A DNA stretch of 64,000 nt from a virus (taxonomy: Duplodnaviria > Caudoviricetes). The notes under the pieces are model-generated. The model made no database searches. It was not told the origin of the DNA and saw nothing but the letters and a program-made list of their open reading frames with translations. The position numbers and the translations under genes are program-made. Location: IMG/VR virus record IMGVR_UViG_3300025270_000009, positions 37,853-101,852 of that record; one strand, given 5' to 3'. Positions 1 to 9,939 of this stretch are shown in pieces (position 1 is the first letter of the stretch; each line of letters starts with the position of its first letter).

Positions 1-472
1 GAAGCTTGGTCTGTCTTCTCGCCGGGAACTTCTGAGTTAACTGATTGGGTACGCCGAGATTGATTGTGGCGACATAGCTTTCCGAGTCCGAGCTAGCACT
101 TTTTACACTGAAGCGATAAAAGGCCGGCTTCATATCAGTTTCGTTGGCGTTGACCGTTGCTATTCTTACCTTGCTACCTTTCAACCCCTGGTACCGCTCA
201 AGGTAATTATTAAAGACAAGGTATGGGTCCGACATTGAGAGCGATACTTCAGGCAGCTCATTCTCTTTCTCATTAATGTTGAAATCGAAAGCGGCAGCTT
301 CATAAGTGTTTCCGTTTATCACAACCGGCTCGGAGTTTTTTACTGCTCGAATCGTTTGCTCAACGTCACCCGTTTCCTGGTCGATAATGTCCAGTTCCAC
401 AGCGAGAAGACACACTACGTCTGAATTCACCGCTGATTTGTTAATTGCTGCCGCTATCGATGTATTTTTCAT
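1..472 (-). CDS. minor tail protein (gpL/DUF1833-like), runs off window start
   Basis: Manually translated open frame MKNTSIAAAINKSAVNSDVVCLLAVEL...NQLTQKFPARRQTKL, with no stop before position 1; lies downstream of Dit. Confidence 0.65.
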   Translation of the reverse strand, partial: MKNTSIAAAINKSAVNSDVVCLLAVELDIIDQETGDVEQTIRAVKNSEPVVINGNTYEAAAFDFNINEKENELPEVSLSMSDPYLVFNNYLERYQGLKGSKVRIATVNANETDMKPAFYRFSVKSASSDSESYVATINLGVPNQLTQKFPARRQTKL

Positions 473-474
473 AA

Positions 475-494
475 CTATGTCAACACTGAGATAT
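475..494. promoter_or_regulatory. 20-bp palindromic operator copy
   Basis: ctatgtcaacactgagatat matches GTAT-N-TCA-N4-TGA-N-ATAC consensus. Confidence 0.75.
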
Positions 495-512
495 ATTTGT
501 TTCCATTATAAA

Positions 513-887
513 CTAGGCGGTCTTCAATTCAACTTTGATGTTATACCTCTTCGACTTTCCGAGGCCTTGATAAGTAACGTCTGGTTCTTTGGCAAACTTC
601 ACTTCCATGTTCTTTTCAAGTACCGGGTTGAACCAGGTGAATGTTTTGTACATACCGAACTCGTCCCACATTTGCTCGAATATGCTGTAGTGGTCTTGAT
701 CCAACATAGTGAAGCCTGTGGTGTAGACTTTTGGCGGTTTTCTGGTTGATCGTGGTCTTCCCCATGAGTAACCATCTTCTGTTTCTATCTCTACCGCATT
801 ACTTTGAAGCTTGACGCCATAAAGCGACTGGTCCTCTCCTTCGGACCAGCCCGTTGTTTCTTTGGGTGGAAAAACTGGATCTAACAT
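513..887 (-). CDS. distal tail protein (Dit/gpM-like)
   Basis: 124 aa, immediately after tape measure; ETEDGY..RPR and FTWFNP motifs. Confidence 0.7.
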   Translation of the reverse strand: MLDPVFPPKETTGWSEGEDQSLYGVKLQSNAVEIETEDGYSWGRPRSTRKPPKVYTTGFTMLDQDHYSIFEQMWDEFGMYKTFTWFNPVLEKNMEVKFAKEPDVTYQGLGKSKRYNIKVELKTA

Positions 888-3800
888 TACTTAATACCTC
901 TAATCGTTTCTCGGACCGGACCTGGCTTGCTGGCATTCTTGAGAAATACATCAATAATCATTTTCTCACCATCCAGTCGACTTCTTGATTCCGCCTTTTT
1001 CTCGTTGCCTTCGTTATATACATTCACCTGGACATCTTGCCCAACTGGTCTCTTGCTTGCAGCTTGTTCAGAATTTGTAACCGTTACCGGAATCGTTCTT
1101 CCGTCAGGTAGTGGCACGTATGCCTCTGGCATTCTTCCCTCGCCAAATAAAGCGAGTTGCGGTGAATTCGCTATTCCTCCATTGGCGTAAGCGTTAAGCG
1201 GTGCACGACCGTGATCTGTCATAATGCCACCCTTAGCGAATTTATTGGGTATAGCCGGCATATCAAAATTCATATTGCTAGCCTGACTTTGCACTCCGCC
1301 TGATATTTGACCGCCACCACCGGCTCCCCAACCAAAAGCGTTCATCATTGGTTGAATTACGTACTTCATTAAGATCATTTTTGCGATGACTTTGTTTAGC
1401 GATTTAAGGACACCTTTAGCCCAGTCATCCCATGAACCACTGCTTCCGGTTAGCATATTAGCCATAGAGTCGGCAAAGCTCTCCAGGCCATTAACCTGTA
1501 CTGACTTAATGTTTTTCTCAAAGTCTTTCCATGAATTTATCATCTGATGGAGCTCGTTTTGCTCCATCTTTTGAGCTTTAGCTAGGTCAGTATAAAGAGT
1601 TTTGGTCTTCTGAAGTCCTGTTATAATTCTCTCTTGTTGAGTGGATAGAAAACCTTTAACTCTAGCCTCTTCTTTAACTCTGGCTATAGCCTGGTCGATC
1701 ATGCCTATCTCTCGCGTGTATCTTTCGCCTGTCTCGCGTCCGACGTTATTTATCTGCTTTTGAAGCTTCTTGTTTTTGTCAGTGATAAGCTCAATGCTAT
1801 TAGCAAAATCAGCGCTGTACGCTTGCTCCTGCATATCTATTAGGTCTTGCAAGCTCACGCCCATGTCAACAAGACTTAAGCCGAGAGCGTCCGTTTCAGC
1901 CGCTACACCGGCGAATGAGCCTGACAAGTTCGAGGCGACCAGTTGAGACTTAAGCCCGGCTTTCTCCAGTCGGTCATTTATCTTCCCAAGATCCGCCTCA
2001 AAGGACTTCAGGTTTTTGTTGCTGAAAAAGTCATTGTCTAGGTTGGAAAGTGTATCTTCAGCCTTAAGACCTAAACGGTCGTACTTAACGCCTAACGTAC
2101 CAATTAAGTCGCCCGTTTTTTCGAGACCTCTTTGTGTCTTGTAAAGCTTTTCAGTATTTGCCATTTCAGCAAAGATTTTCTCAAGCTCTTCCAGAGACTC
2201 TTTCATGCGGTCGTTCTCACGGACAGATTCAGGTAGAGAGTTAACGTATGCCTGAAAAGGAGTGGCGTTTTCCATCTTAACCTGTAGCTCGTCTATATGA
2301 CCTCTTACGGTGCTAACCTTGCCCTCAACTTTTGACATATAGTTACTTAAGGTGTTTAGCGTTGGATCAACCGGCTCATCCATGTTCTGAAGACGCTCAC
2401 GTTCGTCGCCCATTCTCTCAAGCTCATCATTAAGCGCTTTGAGAACAGCTTCGTACTCTTCCTCATTCAGATCGCTTCTTCCGGCGTCGTATTCTTTTTT
2501 GAAGGTTTTAACTCGTTTTGTAAAAAGCTCCATCAAGCTTGCCTGACGCTCGATTTTTATAGCTTGAGAGGCGCCAAAAAATTCATCCTGAGTAATCTCA
2601 GAGCCGGGTGCGTTGTAAAGCTTGTTTAGCTCTTCAAGCGCCTCCGCAAAGCCGCTGCGAACCTTGTCAGTATTCGACTTGAAGTTATCCACTATTCTGC
2701 CTGACACCGACTCTGCTGAGCGCTCTATGGCAGAGTTTAAATTTGTATCGATTCTGTACTCAAGCTCTTTAATTGCTTGTTCTGCATTTGTTATGTTTTG
2801 CTCGAGCATTTCCCTGTGAGAGCCGTCCGTGTCGTACCCTTGAGTTACGCCGTTTTCAAATGTATCAAGCGCTTGCCTTGCCTTTTCAAGATTTATCTTT
2901 TCCTCTTCAAGCTGCTCCCTGGCCCTCTCTATTTCGTCCATTCCTATTAGGGCGTCCGGGTTTCTCAGAGTTTTAAGTAGGCGCTCCGTTTCTTTGTTGG
3001 CGGTTATCATTTTCTCGATATACATGATGATGCCGCTTATCGCAATGCCGCCCATTATTCCGCCGAACATTCTCATTGCGCCGCCCAGGGCTCTTTTGGC
3101 TACGGCCATTTTCTGAGTAGCCCGGCGTTGTCTTTCAATGACGGCTGCGCCCTGAGCCAACTGCTCGACATGAGCCCTTTGAGCTCTTGTAAGGGCTTGG
3201 GTTTTAGTCTTCATCGCGCCTATAGCGACCATGTGAGCTCGGTACCCTTTACTGGCAGCTGCCATGTGACGGTTGATTATGGCCTGATCTTTAATGGTCG
3301 TTTGAGACATGGCTTTCTTAGCTGCAGCCAGGCGTCTAACCGCGACAATCTGACGCTTTATTTTTTGAGTGGCAGACTGATAGCCAGACCCGACACTCTT
3401 TATGCCAGATGTCATCACGTTGAACACTTTCTTACCGGCGTACAACATGAATACGGTTTTTATAACCTCACCGTACTCATAAGCGGTCTGTGTCAGAGTA
3501 GACATTAACTTAATAACGCCTTCTAAAAACTGACCAAAGGTTCGGGCCCACTCTTTAGCCTCGCTACTCTCAAGAAACTCAAGAAACTCTCTCATTTCGC
3601 TTTTTAGAGTGTCGAAGTAACCGGCTTCATTCAACTCTTTCATTAGAATGGTGAACTGGGTTTTTATGCGTGACTTGAGACCGTCGTAGGTTGTCATCAG
3701 GGCATCGGCCGAACCTTCAGCGTCAATTATCATTTCTCTTGCCATTTCTTTCATGGCTGATTGAGCGGCAACTTTACCTTCAGAGACAAGTTTCACAAAT

Positions 3801-4456
3801 TCGGCATACGTCATGGATAATGAACGAGCTGCTAGTTTTGCAGCATTTGGCACTGCTTCACCAAGCTGCTGTCTCAGCTCCTCCATTGATATCACGCCTT
3901 TGCCTCCCATTTGCAGAATGGCAACTGAAGCACGTTTTAACATTTCCGAGCTGCCGCCAAACTGCGAAACGGACTCAGTAAGTCCTTTAAATAGAAGGTT
4001 CGCGTCTTTTCCGACGCCAGTGTTTAATTTTACCAAACTATCTTGAAGTGTATTGAACTCAAACGGCAGCTGCTTTGCTTTTTGGAGAAGTCCGTCCACC
4101 TGAGCTTTTGCATTTTCCATGCGCTCCATTCGGGTGGCGCCTTCACTGAAGTTCGACATGATTACTGTCGATCTTTCTAGCTCAGCATTGGTAGAGGCAA
4201 TTGCGTCATTCCACCCCCAGGTCATGTTAATCAGATCCGGCATGAAGTAACGGAATGAGGCGCCGATTACGGACACGTCTCTTAGCACTGAGAGCCAGGA
4301 CTTCTGAGTTCTGGTATTTCTCTTTACGGCTTTGTCCAGGCCATAAACAGACTCACTCATTTTGTCCGTGGTACGCTGAAAACGGCGGATCTTCGCCTCA
4401 CCGTTGTTATCGTCAAAGTCTAGGTCTAAAACCAACCGTTCCCGTGTCGTACTCAT
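887..4456 (-). CDS. tail tape measure protein
   Basis: 1189 aa, helical/coiled-coil; QMGGKGVISMEELRQQLGE motif; C-terminal FAKGG..GEGRMPEA motif. Confidence 0.95.
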   Translation of the reverse strand: MSTTRERLVLDLDFDDNNGEAKIRRFQRTTDKMSESVYGLDKAVKRNTRTQKSWLSVLRDVSVIGASFRYFMPDLINMTWGWNDAIASTNAELERSTVIMSNFSEGATRMERMENAKAQVDGLLQKAKQLPFEFNTLQDSLVKLNTGVGKDANLLFKGLTESVSQFGGSSEMLKRASVAILQMGGKGVISMEELRQQLGEAVPNAAKLAARSLSMTYAEFVKLVSEGKVAAQSAMKEMAREMIIDAEGSADALMTTYDGLKSRIKTQFTILMKELNEAGYFDTLKSEMREFLEFLESSEAKEWARTFGQFLEGVIKLMSTLTQTAYEYGEVIKTVFMLYAGKKVFNVMTSGIKSVGSGYQSATQKIKRQIVAVRRLAAAKKAMSQTTIKDQAIINRHMAAASKGYRAHMVAIGAMKTKTQALTRAQRAHVEQLAQGAAVIERQRRATQKMAVAKRALGGAMRMFGGIMGGIAISGIIMYIEKMITANKETERLLKTLRNPDALIGMDEIERAREQLEEEKINLEKARQALDTFENGVTQGYDTDGSHREMLEQNITNAEQAIKELEYRIDTNLNSAIERSAESVSGRIVDNFKSNTDKVRSGFAEALEELNKLYNAPGSEITQDEFFGASQAIKIERQASLMELFTKRVKTFKKEYDAGRSDLNEEEYEAVLKALNDELERMGDERERLQNMDEPVDPTLNTLSNYMSKVEGKVSTVRGHIDELQVKMENATPFQAYVNSLPESVRENDRMKESLEELEKIFAEMANTEKLYKTQRGLEKTGDLIGTLGVKYDRLGLKAEDTLSNLDNDFFSNKNLKSFEADLGKINDRLEKAGLKSQLVASNLSGSFAGVAAETDALGLSLVDMGVSLQDLIDMQEQAYSADFANSIELITDKNKKLQKQINNVGRETGERYTREIGMIDQAIARVKEEARVKGFLSTQQERIITGLQKTKTLYTDLAKAQKMEQNELHQMINSWKDFEKNIKSVQVNGLESFADSMANMLTGSSGSWDDWAKGVLKSLNKVIAKMILMKYVIQPMMNAFGWGAGGGGQISGGVQSQASNMNFDMPAIPNKFAKGGIMTDHGRAPLNAYANGGIANSPQLALFGEGRMPEAYVPLPDGRTIPVTVTNSEQAASKRPVGQDVQVNVYNEGNEKKAESRSRLDGEKMIIDVFLKNASKPGPVRETIRGIK

Positions 4457-4464
4457 CTATTACC

Positions 4465-5147
4465 TCACTGCAGTCTCTTAAGTCGCTCAATCGATTTCTT
4501 GCTGGTTTTTACGTGCTCGACAAACTCTTTCTCAATCACTCCACTCATAGAGCTCTCAAGCTCTTCTGAAATGGATTTGACGCCGTCTTGAGAGTGTACT
4601 GCTCCAGCTACCTTCAGCGCTCTCATATCTTCCTCAGCACGTACTGCGTCTATATGCTTGTTCATCGCCCAAAAAAGCTTGATTCTCATGTTCAGAATCT
4701 CTTCCGGAGAGACGCCGTAAAAACGACAAAAGCGAGAGAAGAGAAAGCCGAAACTTACCCGGCTAACTCTCCAACTCGCCTGTTGTTCTTCGTCAAGCTC
4801 TTCCGGGCTTACGGCTTTTCCGGCTCTTCACCTTCTTCAGCGGCAGAATTTGCTTGAGTCAGCCAAGTCATTAATGCAAACAGCTGCTTCGGCTTGAGCC
4901 CTTTCAGCTTCTCTTCGGGGCAAGTTGGAATTGAACGAGAAATTGCCTCAATCATCTTGAGCATCACTTCGTCCTCACCAATGTTTTCTTCTTCATTGGC
5001 TTTTGCCGCTTCTTTTTCTTCTCGAATCAATGTGATGTACTCACCAACACTTGACTCGACAACTGGGTATTCTTCGCCACCGATTTTCACGGCACGCTCT
5101 TCTTGCGCGATTTCGTCTAAGTCGAACAGGTCAACTTTGTTACTCAT
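4465..5147 (-). CDS. tail assembly chaperone, long -1 frameshift product (gpGT-like)
   Basis: -1 frame from slippery GGAAAAG (4821-4815) is open and in frame with ORF 4465..4689. Confidence 0.7.
4809..5147 (-). CDS. tail assembly chaperone (gpG-like)
   Basis: 112 aa acidic protein between tail tube and TMP. Confidence 0.8.
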   Translation of the reverse strand: MSNKVDLFDLDEIAQEERAVKIGGEEYPVVESSVGEYITLIREEKEAAKANEEENIGEDEVMLKMIEAISRSIPTCPEEKLKGLKPKQLFALMTWLTQANSAAEEGEEPEKP

Positions 5148-5178
5148 GCTTCACCTATTGCTGATTGATTAAAATAAT

Positions 5179-5204
5179 TAAGTGGCTACGTATGTAGCCA
5201 CTTA
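5179..5204 (-). terminator. hairpin after tail tube gene; overlaps a degenerate operator (5190-5209)
   Basis: taagtggctac-gtat-gtagccactta, 11-bp stem. Confidence 0.55.
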
Positions 5205-5213
5205 GATACTAAC

Positions 5214-5762
5214 TTAAGGAGTAGTTTCTGTTGCTGTTGGGTCACCAACGCTGAAGAGCTTGCCTTCGGCATTCGGATAACCTTTAAACTCAGCATTAAA
5301 CACTCGTTCGTCGTCTTTCTTGAAAGAGTATTCCATGCCACCCGGCGTTGACGCCTTAAAGATTGTAAAGTCTTGCGACTTATCTTCGTCAGGTAAGTCA
5401 ATTGGGTGCAGAGTTAATGGTTTAGCTGACTTAACCAAGTCCTTGCCAATGCCAGTGTCGACGTCAACACGTTTCTTGGTTTCGTCAGTTGCGTCAGTTA
5501 CCAAAGTAGCGCCTGGCATTAGCGCGACAAGGTTTTCCAAAGTGGTTTCGGCAAACCGAGCCGATACGCTCACGTTACGACCTTGAATGAACTCTTTAAC
5601 AACCGTGTCACCGTATTGGTCTACAGTTGTCTCACGAGTTGTGGTTGTCACGCTAACGTCTACACCACCAATCGTTAGACCCATATCATTGCCGTCGAGC
5701 ATTACCTTACAGGTGCCCAACTGAATGTTTTCAATGTTCCCGTTTTGTGTTCCTGTTGGCAT
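5214..5762 (-). CDS. major tail tube protein
   Basis: NIQLGTCKV..DMGLTIGGV..TVDQYG motifs; position in operon. Confidence 0.85.
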   Translation of the reverse strand: MPTGTQNGNIENIQLGTCKVMLDGNDMGLTIGGVDVSVTTTTRETTVDQYGDTVVKEFIQGRNVSVSARFAETTLENLVALMPGATLVTDATDETKKRVDVDTGIGKDLVKSAKPLTLHPIDLPDEDKSQDFTIFKASTPGGMEYSFKKDDERVFNAEFKGYPNAEGKLFSVGDPTATETTP

Positions 5763-5764
5763 TA

Positions 5765-6175
5765 TTACCCCCTGTTGACAAACACAATCTTAAAATTCGT
5801 ACTAAATTCATAAGCTGAACTTTTGTTCTTGCGGTACTGAACCGGCAAGTGCTTCGGCTTACACTTTTTAATAAGTACGTCTTCATTTCCCAAGTTCGCA
5901 AAATCAAGTGACTTAACGATCTTGTTAGCCAGCTCGTTACCGGGCTGGATTCTTTTTGAGGCGACTATTACTTGAACCTCTGTCTTGTAGTAACCCGGAA
6001 GCTCTTCATCGTGAGTTACCGGGTCCATGTCAGGCATAACTGCCACCACAGTTTCGCTATCACTTGGGATTTGAGGCAGTTGCCGCTCGAATACTTTTGG
6101 CAGACCGTTGTTCACGTTAAAAGAGGCGCATATACCCTCTGATACCAGTCTTTGAGAAATAATCTCTAAGTACAT
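5765..6175 (-). CDS. tail terminator protein
   Basis: 136 aa, upstream of tail tube; YEFSTNF C-terminus. Confidence 0.65.
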   Translation of the reverse strand: MYLEIISQRLVSEGICASFNVNNGLPKVFERQLPQIPSDSETVVAVMPDMDPVTHDEELPGYYKTEVQVIVASKRIQPGNELANKIVKSLDFANLGNEDVLIKKCKPKHLPVQYRKNKSSAYEFSTNFKIVFVNRG

Positions 6176-6630
6176 TAAAATGCCCCCTTAAGAATAGAGC
6201 GGACCCTGCTAACTATCTCTTCTCTCTGCCCTCTGTAGGCTCGATCCATAAATTTAGGGCCAACGTTCACCCCAAGCCTTTCCTGCTTCTCTTTTGACTT
6301 GGGACCAAGCTCGTAGTCTCTGTTCTCGTGAAGCCAAACTAGGTACTCGCCAACCATAGAGTCTTGTTTAAGCGCTATGTGAGTCTCATCGACAAATACC
6401 GAGTAAACGTTTCTTTTGAAAGGCGCTCTTTCAATGTGAACCTGAATGGCCTCTGTCATATCCCCGTCATCTACCGGGACGAACATTTGCGCTCTATCTC
6501 TTATTTGATAGATTCCGTTTTCCAGTTCGCGATTGATTTTCTGGCCTGTTTCTTTGTAGCCGTTCATGATGCGCTTGTTAAAGCGAGAAAGTTTCGCGCT
6601 GAAATTCGATACGTTTCTTACCCCTGCCAT
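6175..6630 (-). CDS. neck protein (HK97 gp10-like)
   Basis: AQMFVPVDDG and GPKFMDRAY motifs. Confidence 0.7.
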   Translation of the reverse strand: MAGVRNVSNFSAKLSRFNKRIMNGYKETGQKINRELENGIYQIRDRAQMFVPVDDGDMTEAIQVHIERAPFKRNVYSVFVDETHIALKQDSMVGEYLVWLHENRDYELGPKSKEKQERLGVNVGPKFMDRAYRGQREEIVSRVRSILKGAF

Positions 6631-6965
6631 AACTTACAGGTCGCCTCGTAATGGTCTATTTTTCCGCTTATATCTCTCATGGGTCGCATTTCAGCAACCT
6701 CATGCTTTTGAAACTCGCCTTCTATCTGAACTACCGAGTCAGGTCTAGCTTCGGTGCTTGGGCTTAATTGAACCAGGTACTCTCCGGTTTTTATCTCACC
6801 TCGACCTCTCGAGCTAGATGCGTCCGCTCTGATGGAGCTAATGCTCTTGCCAGATCTGCCGCTCAATGGCGTGCATATTTCTCCGCCTATCTTCACCAAT
6901 TCTTTCTCTGCATAACGATTCAAATCGTAAGAGTAGATAGTGATCGGTGTATTCCCCTTAAACAT
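6618..6965 (-). CDS. head closure protein
   Basis: 115 aa; position; DISGKIDHYE C-terminus. Confidence 0.6.
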   Translation of the reverse strand: MFKGNTPITIYSYDLNRYAEKELVKIGGEICTPLSGRSGKSISSIRADASSSRGRGEIKTGEYLVQLSPSTEARPDSVVQIEGEFQKHEVAEMRPMRDISGKIDHYEATCKLWQG

Positions 6966-6991
6966 AGCCTTATTTTCCTCTCTGGCGTTAT

Positions 6992-7011
6992 GTATGTCAA
7001 CGTTTAGATAT
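6992..7011. promoter_or_regulatory. operator copy
   Basis: gtatgtcaacgtttagatat. Confidence 0.65.
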
Positions 7012-7552
7012 ATGGAGAGAAAGAGGCGGACGTTCTTGGGTGATAAGCTCCATCGCTTTTCACAGAATCAATCAAACCGTTCAGTGTTTTTGCTCTGTAA
7101 ACCTCAGAACGTCCGTTGTGTCTTACTTCTACCGAGCCCTTGCCGAGCTCATAGGCGTAAGATATTTCGGCAAGATTGACAGCCTCCGACGCTACCAGTG
7201 CAATCATGTCTTCAAACAGCCGCTTGTTGCGACCGTCTGTCACTCTTCCGGTGAAACTGATTGAGCTTTCGGAGAAGTTTCTCTTGCTCATAGTGACAAA
7301 CAGTTCATTTGCCAGTTGCTTTACATACTTGCCCGACTCTCTAATGAAAAACTCTCTTTCTTTGCTGGCATCGTAACCGGGTAGTCTGCTAGAGACGATC
7401 AGGTCAAAAGCTGAAACTAAACTGAAAGACGCTGAGTCAGAAAGTTTTGATGAAAGAACCCGAAAATTCTTTTCACCTCTGTGCTTTGACAATGCCCCCA
7501 AGAAAGAAAGCCTAGTTGCGTATGCAATAGGCTTTATCTTTTCCGCTTTCAT
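7004..7552 (-). CDS. hypothetical virion morphogenesis protein
   Basis: 182 aa, translationally coupled within head-tail operon. Confidence 0.55.
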   Translation of the reverse strand: MKAEKIKPIAYATRLSFLGALSKHRGEKNFRVLSSKLSDSASFSLVSAFDLIVSSRLPGYDASKEREFFIRESGKYVKQLANELFVTMSKRNFSESSISFTGRVTDGRNKRLFEDMIALVASEAVNLAEISYAYELGKGSVEVRHNGRSEVYRAKTLNGLIDSVKSDGAYHPRTSASFSPYI

Positions 7553-8283
7553 CGCGTCACCACAACCGAGTTATCAATATATCGAGCTATGTAACGCCAA
7601 GCTCTTTTGTGGATCATGTTGTCCACCGGCTTCGAGCGAAAGAATGTCGTTGACGATTCACCAACTGTTTTCGAGAAAACCCCGGACTCTCGCAGCTCTT
7701 CATTAGGGTCTTCCTGCAAAAGAATGCTTGCCTGGATTAACTGAGCCTTTCTGAAGTCATCTATTACAACGTCGGGCACCACTTTCCAATCAACAAGGCT
7801 AGGAACGCTATGGCCAAATATGCCTTTGTTCAACGGGAATCGAGTTATCATGTCGTAACTCTCCATTAAAGCTGTAATTAGCTCGCCACGGTTTCCGTTG
7901 AAGTTTATCTTTGTCAGTCTAGGTATTAGCGACAACGCCTTGTTAAAGCTCATAAATGAGTTTGAAAAGGGCTGTAGCCGCTGCTCTCTGACAACAAAGT
8001 AGTAAACAGTGTTTCGGTAAGTGTTGCCGTCTACACCTGTCATAATGAGAGATACCGCTCTCACGGATGCACCGGCTGAATCTGACAGCGCGTTGTTTTC
8101 CGCATTGACGGTTAATTGTAGTGGCGATGAAAATTCAGAAACGGTGCCAGTTTGAAGAACCTGATCTTCGTCATCAGTAACCTCATACTCGGCACTAGCT
8201 ACATCGACAGGCTCACCCTCTTCGGTTTTAAAATCGATTTGAACGTGAACGTCATTGTTCTGCAAAAAGCTTTTCATCACCAC
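7549..8283 (-). CDS. head-tail adaptor
   Basis: C-terminal KAQLIQA..SKTVGESSTTF..AWRYI typical of connector proteins. Confidence 0.65.
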   Translation of the reverse strand: MVMKSFLQNNDVHVQIDFKTEEGEPVDVASAEYEVTDDEDQVLQTGTVSEFSSPLQLTVNAENNALSDSAGASVRAVSLIMTGVDGNTYRNTVYYFVVREQRLQPFSNSFMSFNKALSLIPRLTKINFNGNRGELITALMESYDMITRFPLNKGIFGHSVPSLVDWKVVPDVVIDDFRKAQLIQASILLQEDPNEELRESGVFSKTVGESSTTFFRSKPVDNMIHKRAWRYIARYIDNSVVVTR

Positions 8284-8290
8284 CTCTCAA

Positions 8291-8917
8291 TTAGACTTTG
8301 AGTAATTTTTCAATCAACTCTTCGATGCTCTTTGCAGAAACATCGTGCTTTTCACCGATTTCGCGTAGGCCTTTAATGCCACGGTCGTCAGCTACAGACT
8401 CAAGGTACTCGCGGGTGTACTTATCGCCGCCGTCTTCCGTACCTTCAATGCCTTCTACAGAAGAGCTATCTTCTGCACCTTCAGCACCGTCTTCCGGGTT
8501 CGCACCTTCCTGCTCGCCGTCTTCTGAGCCCGTTGGGTTGTTGGTTTCAGTTTTGTCTTCATCACCAACATCTGCGTCAGCTGAACTCAGGTCTTCAGAG
8601 TCTTCACCTTCAGGGGTATTATCTGAATCACCGCCACCAGGATTGTCGGAGTTGTCAGGGTTGCCGTCTTCACCTGATTCCGCGTCAGTTTTTTCTTTCG
8701 CTTGTGCTTCACGCTTGGCATGAGACTCGCGTGAATAATAAGTAACTGGCGAGATTTCGTTACCATCATCGTCAGTAATGGGCATTGAAGCGCCGATACG
8801 TATGGCTTCTTGAATGCTCATCAAGTCAACAGAGCGGCCTTCTTTGAACTCAACCATGCCAATCATGCCGGTGTATCGCTCTAAGCCTTTCTGTTTAATT
8901 CGAATATGTAGTGCCAT
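8291..8917 (-). CDS. acidic head-associated protein
   Basis: 208 aa with D/E-rich linker; follows capsid gene. Confidence 0.65.
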   Translation of the reverse strand: MALHIRIKQKGLERYTGMIGMVEFKEGRSVDLMSIQEAIRIGASMPITDDDGNEISPVTYYSRESHAKREAQAKEKTDAESGEDGNPDNSDNPGGGDSDNTPEGEDSEDLSSADADVGDEDKTETNNPTGSEDGEQEGANPEDGAEGAEDSSSVEGIEGTEDGGDKYTREYLESVADDRGIKGLREIGEKHDVSAKSIEELIEKLLKV

Positions 8918-8940
8918 TAAACACCTCCAGTAAAAACGGA

Positions 8941-8964
8941 AAAGTGGGGCAAAAGCCCCACTTT
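8941..8964 (-). terminator. intrinsic terminator after major capsid gene
   Basis: aaagtggggc-aaaa-gccccacttt. Confidence 0.75.
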
Positions 8965-8975
8965 AATGCCAGCTA

Positions 8976-9869
8976 TTAGCTAGCGATAACACCTTCAACC
9001 GCAGATACCGCTTTAGTGCTCTTAAGAGCCATGCCGCAGTACATTTTGATACGAGTACGAGTCGCATCGCGGTTTTGAACGGTACCAAGATCTTCCAGTA
9101 CGAAACCGGCTGTACCTTGACCACCATACAGACCGTGTAGGCCGCTAGCTTCGTCAAAGTTGACCGCGTAAAGCTTAGAAGTCTTGTCAGATGTACCTTT
9201 CGCTTCGGTTTCGATTTTGTCATTCACCATGATTGGAACACCGTCGTGAGAAGGCATTGTCAATCCGCTTGGCAACGTGACAAAGTCAGGAGTTGTGCCG
9301 CCCAGTGAGCGCAACAACGCCTTGTAAGCGCGGTACATATCTTTACGCATCAGGATTGCGTCAGCACCTAATTCACAAGCGTCAAGTAGCTCATCGAGCA
9401 TTGACAGTGAAAGTGCATTACCGTCCGCTGCTGTGGTGATGGTTTGTGCGCTAGGCACCAAGTTCTTCAGACCGTTGAACTGCTTGTTAGCGGTAGAACC
9501 GTTAACCAGTGCGTCACGGAACTGCATAGACATACCCTTCACCTTGGAGGCGATCTGGATAGCCTTCTGGCTGTTCGCATCAGACTGAACGTTGTTCAGG
9601 AATTTGTCGACGTCTACGTCACCGATCAAGATACGCAGTTTAGTAGTGATCTCGTCGAACGTGCTCGCGCTTTCGTTGACGTCCTGGTTAGGGTCTAACC
9701 AGTCACCTTGCGCCAAGGTTTTCTCACGGTTGTAAACGTAAGCTTTACCTTCTGTTTCCGCAAAAGGCAGCATTTCAAATAAGTTATCCGTCTGGATGAA
9801 CTCTTCGATTACGCCGCGAACCAAGTCGTTTTCTGACAGTTTCGCCGCTTCTTGTGCTAGTAATGGCAT
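8976..9869 (-). CDS. major capsid protein (SSU5-like)
   Basis: MPLL..AKLS..LPF..KAYVYNRE..LRILIGDVDVDKFL recognised as SSU5-type MCP. Confidence 0.92.
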   Translation of the reverse strand: MPLLAQEAAKLSENDLVRGVIEEFIQTDNLFEMLPFAETEGKAYVYNREKTLAQGDWLDPNQDVNESASTFDEITTKLRILIGDVDVDKFLNNVQSDANSQKAIQIASKVKGMSMQFRDALVNGSTANKQFNGLKNLVPSAQTITTAADGNALSLSMLDELLDACELGADAILMRKDMYRAYKALLRSLGGTTPDFVTLPSGLTMPSHDGVPIMVNDKIETEAKGTSDKTSKLYAVNFDEASGLHGLYGGQGTAGFVLEDLGTVQNRDATRTRIKMYCGMALKSTKAVSAVEGVIAS

Positions 9870-9896
9870 CTAACTTACCTCTTTATTAAAAGTGAA

Positions 9897-9920
9897 AGGT
9901 ATCTCAGCGATGAGATACCT
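9897..9920. promoter_or_regulatory. perfect operator copy upstream of capsid gene
   Basis: aggtatctca-gcga-tgagatacct, perfect 10-bp arms. Confidence 0.85.
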
Positions 9921-9939
9921 GTTTGCTCACAAAATTGGG

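Noticed and set aside
9899-9918. Operator as LexA SOS box
   Set aside because: Does not match CTGT-N8-ACAG; the consensus is different.
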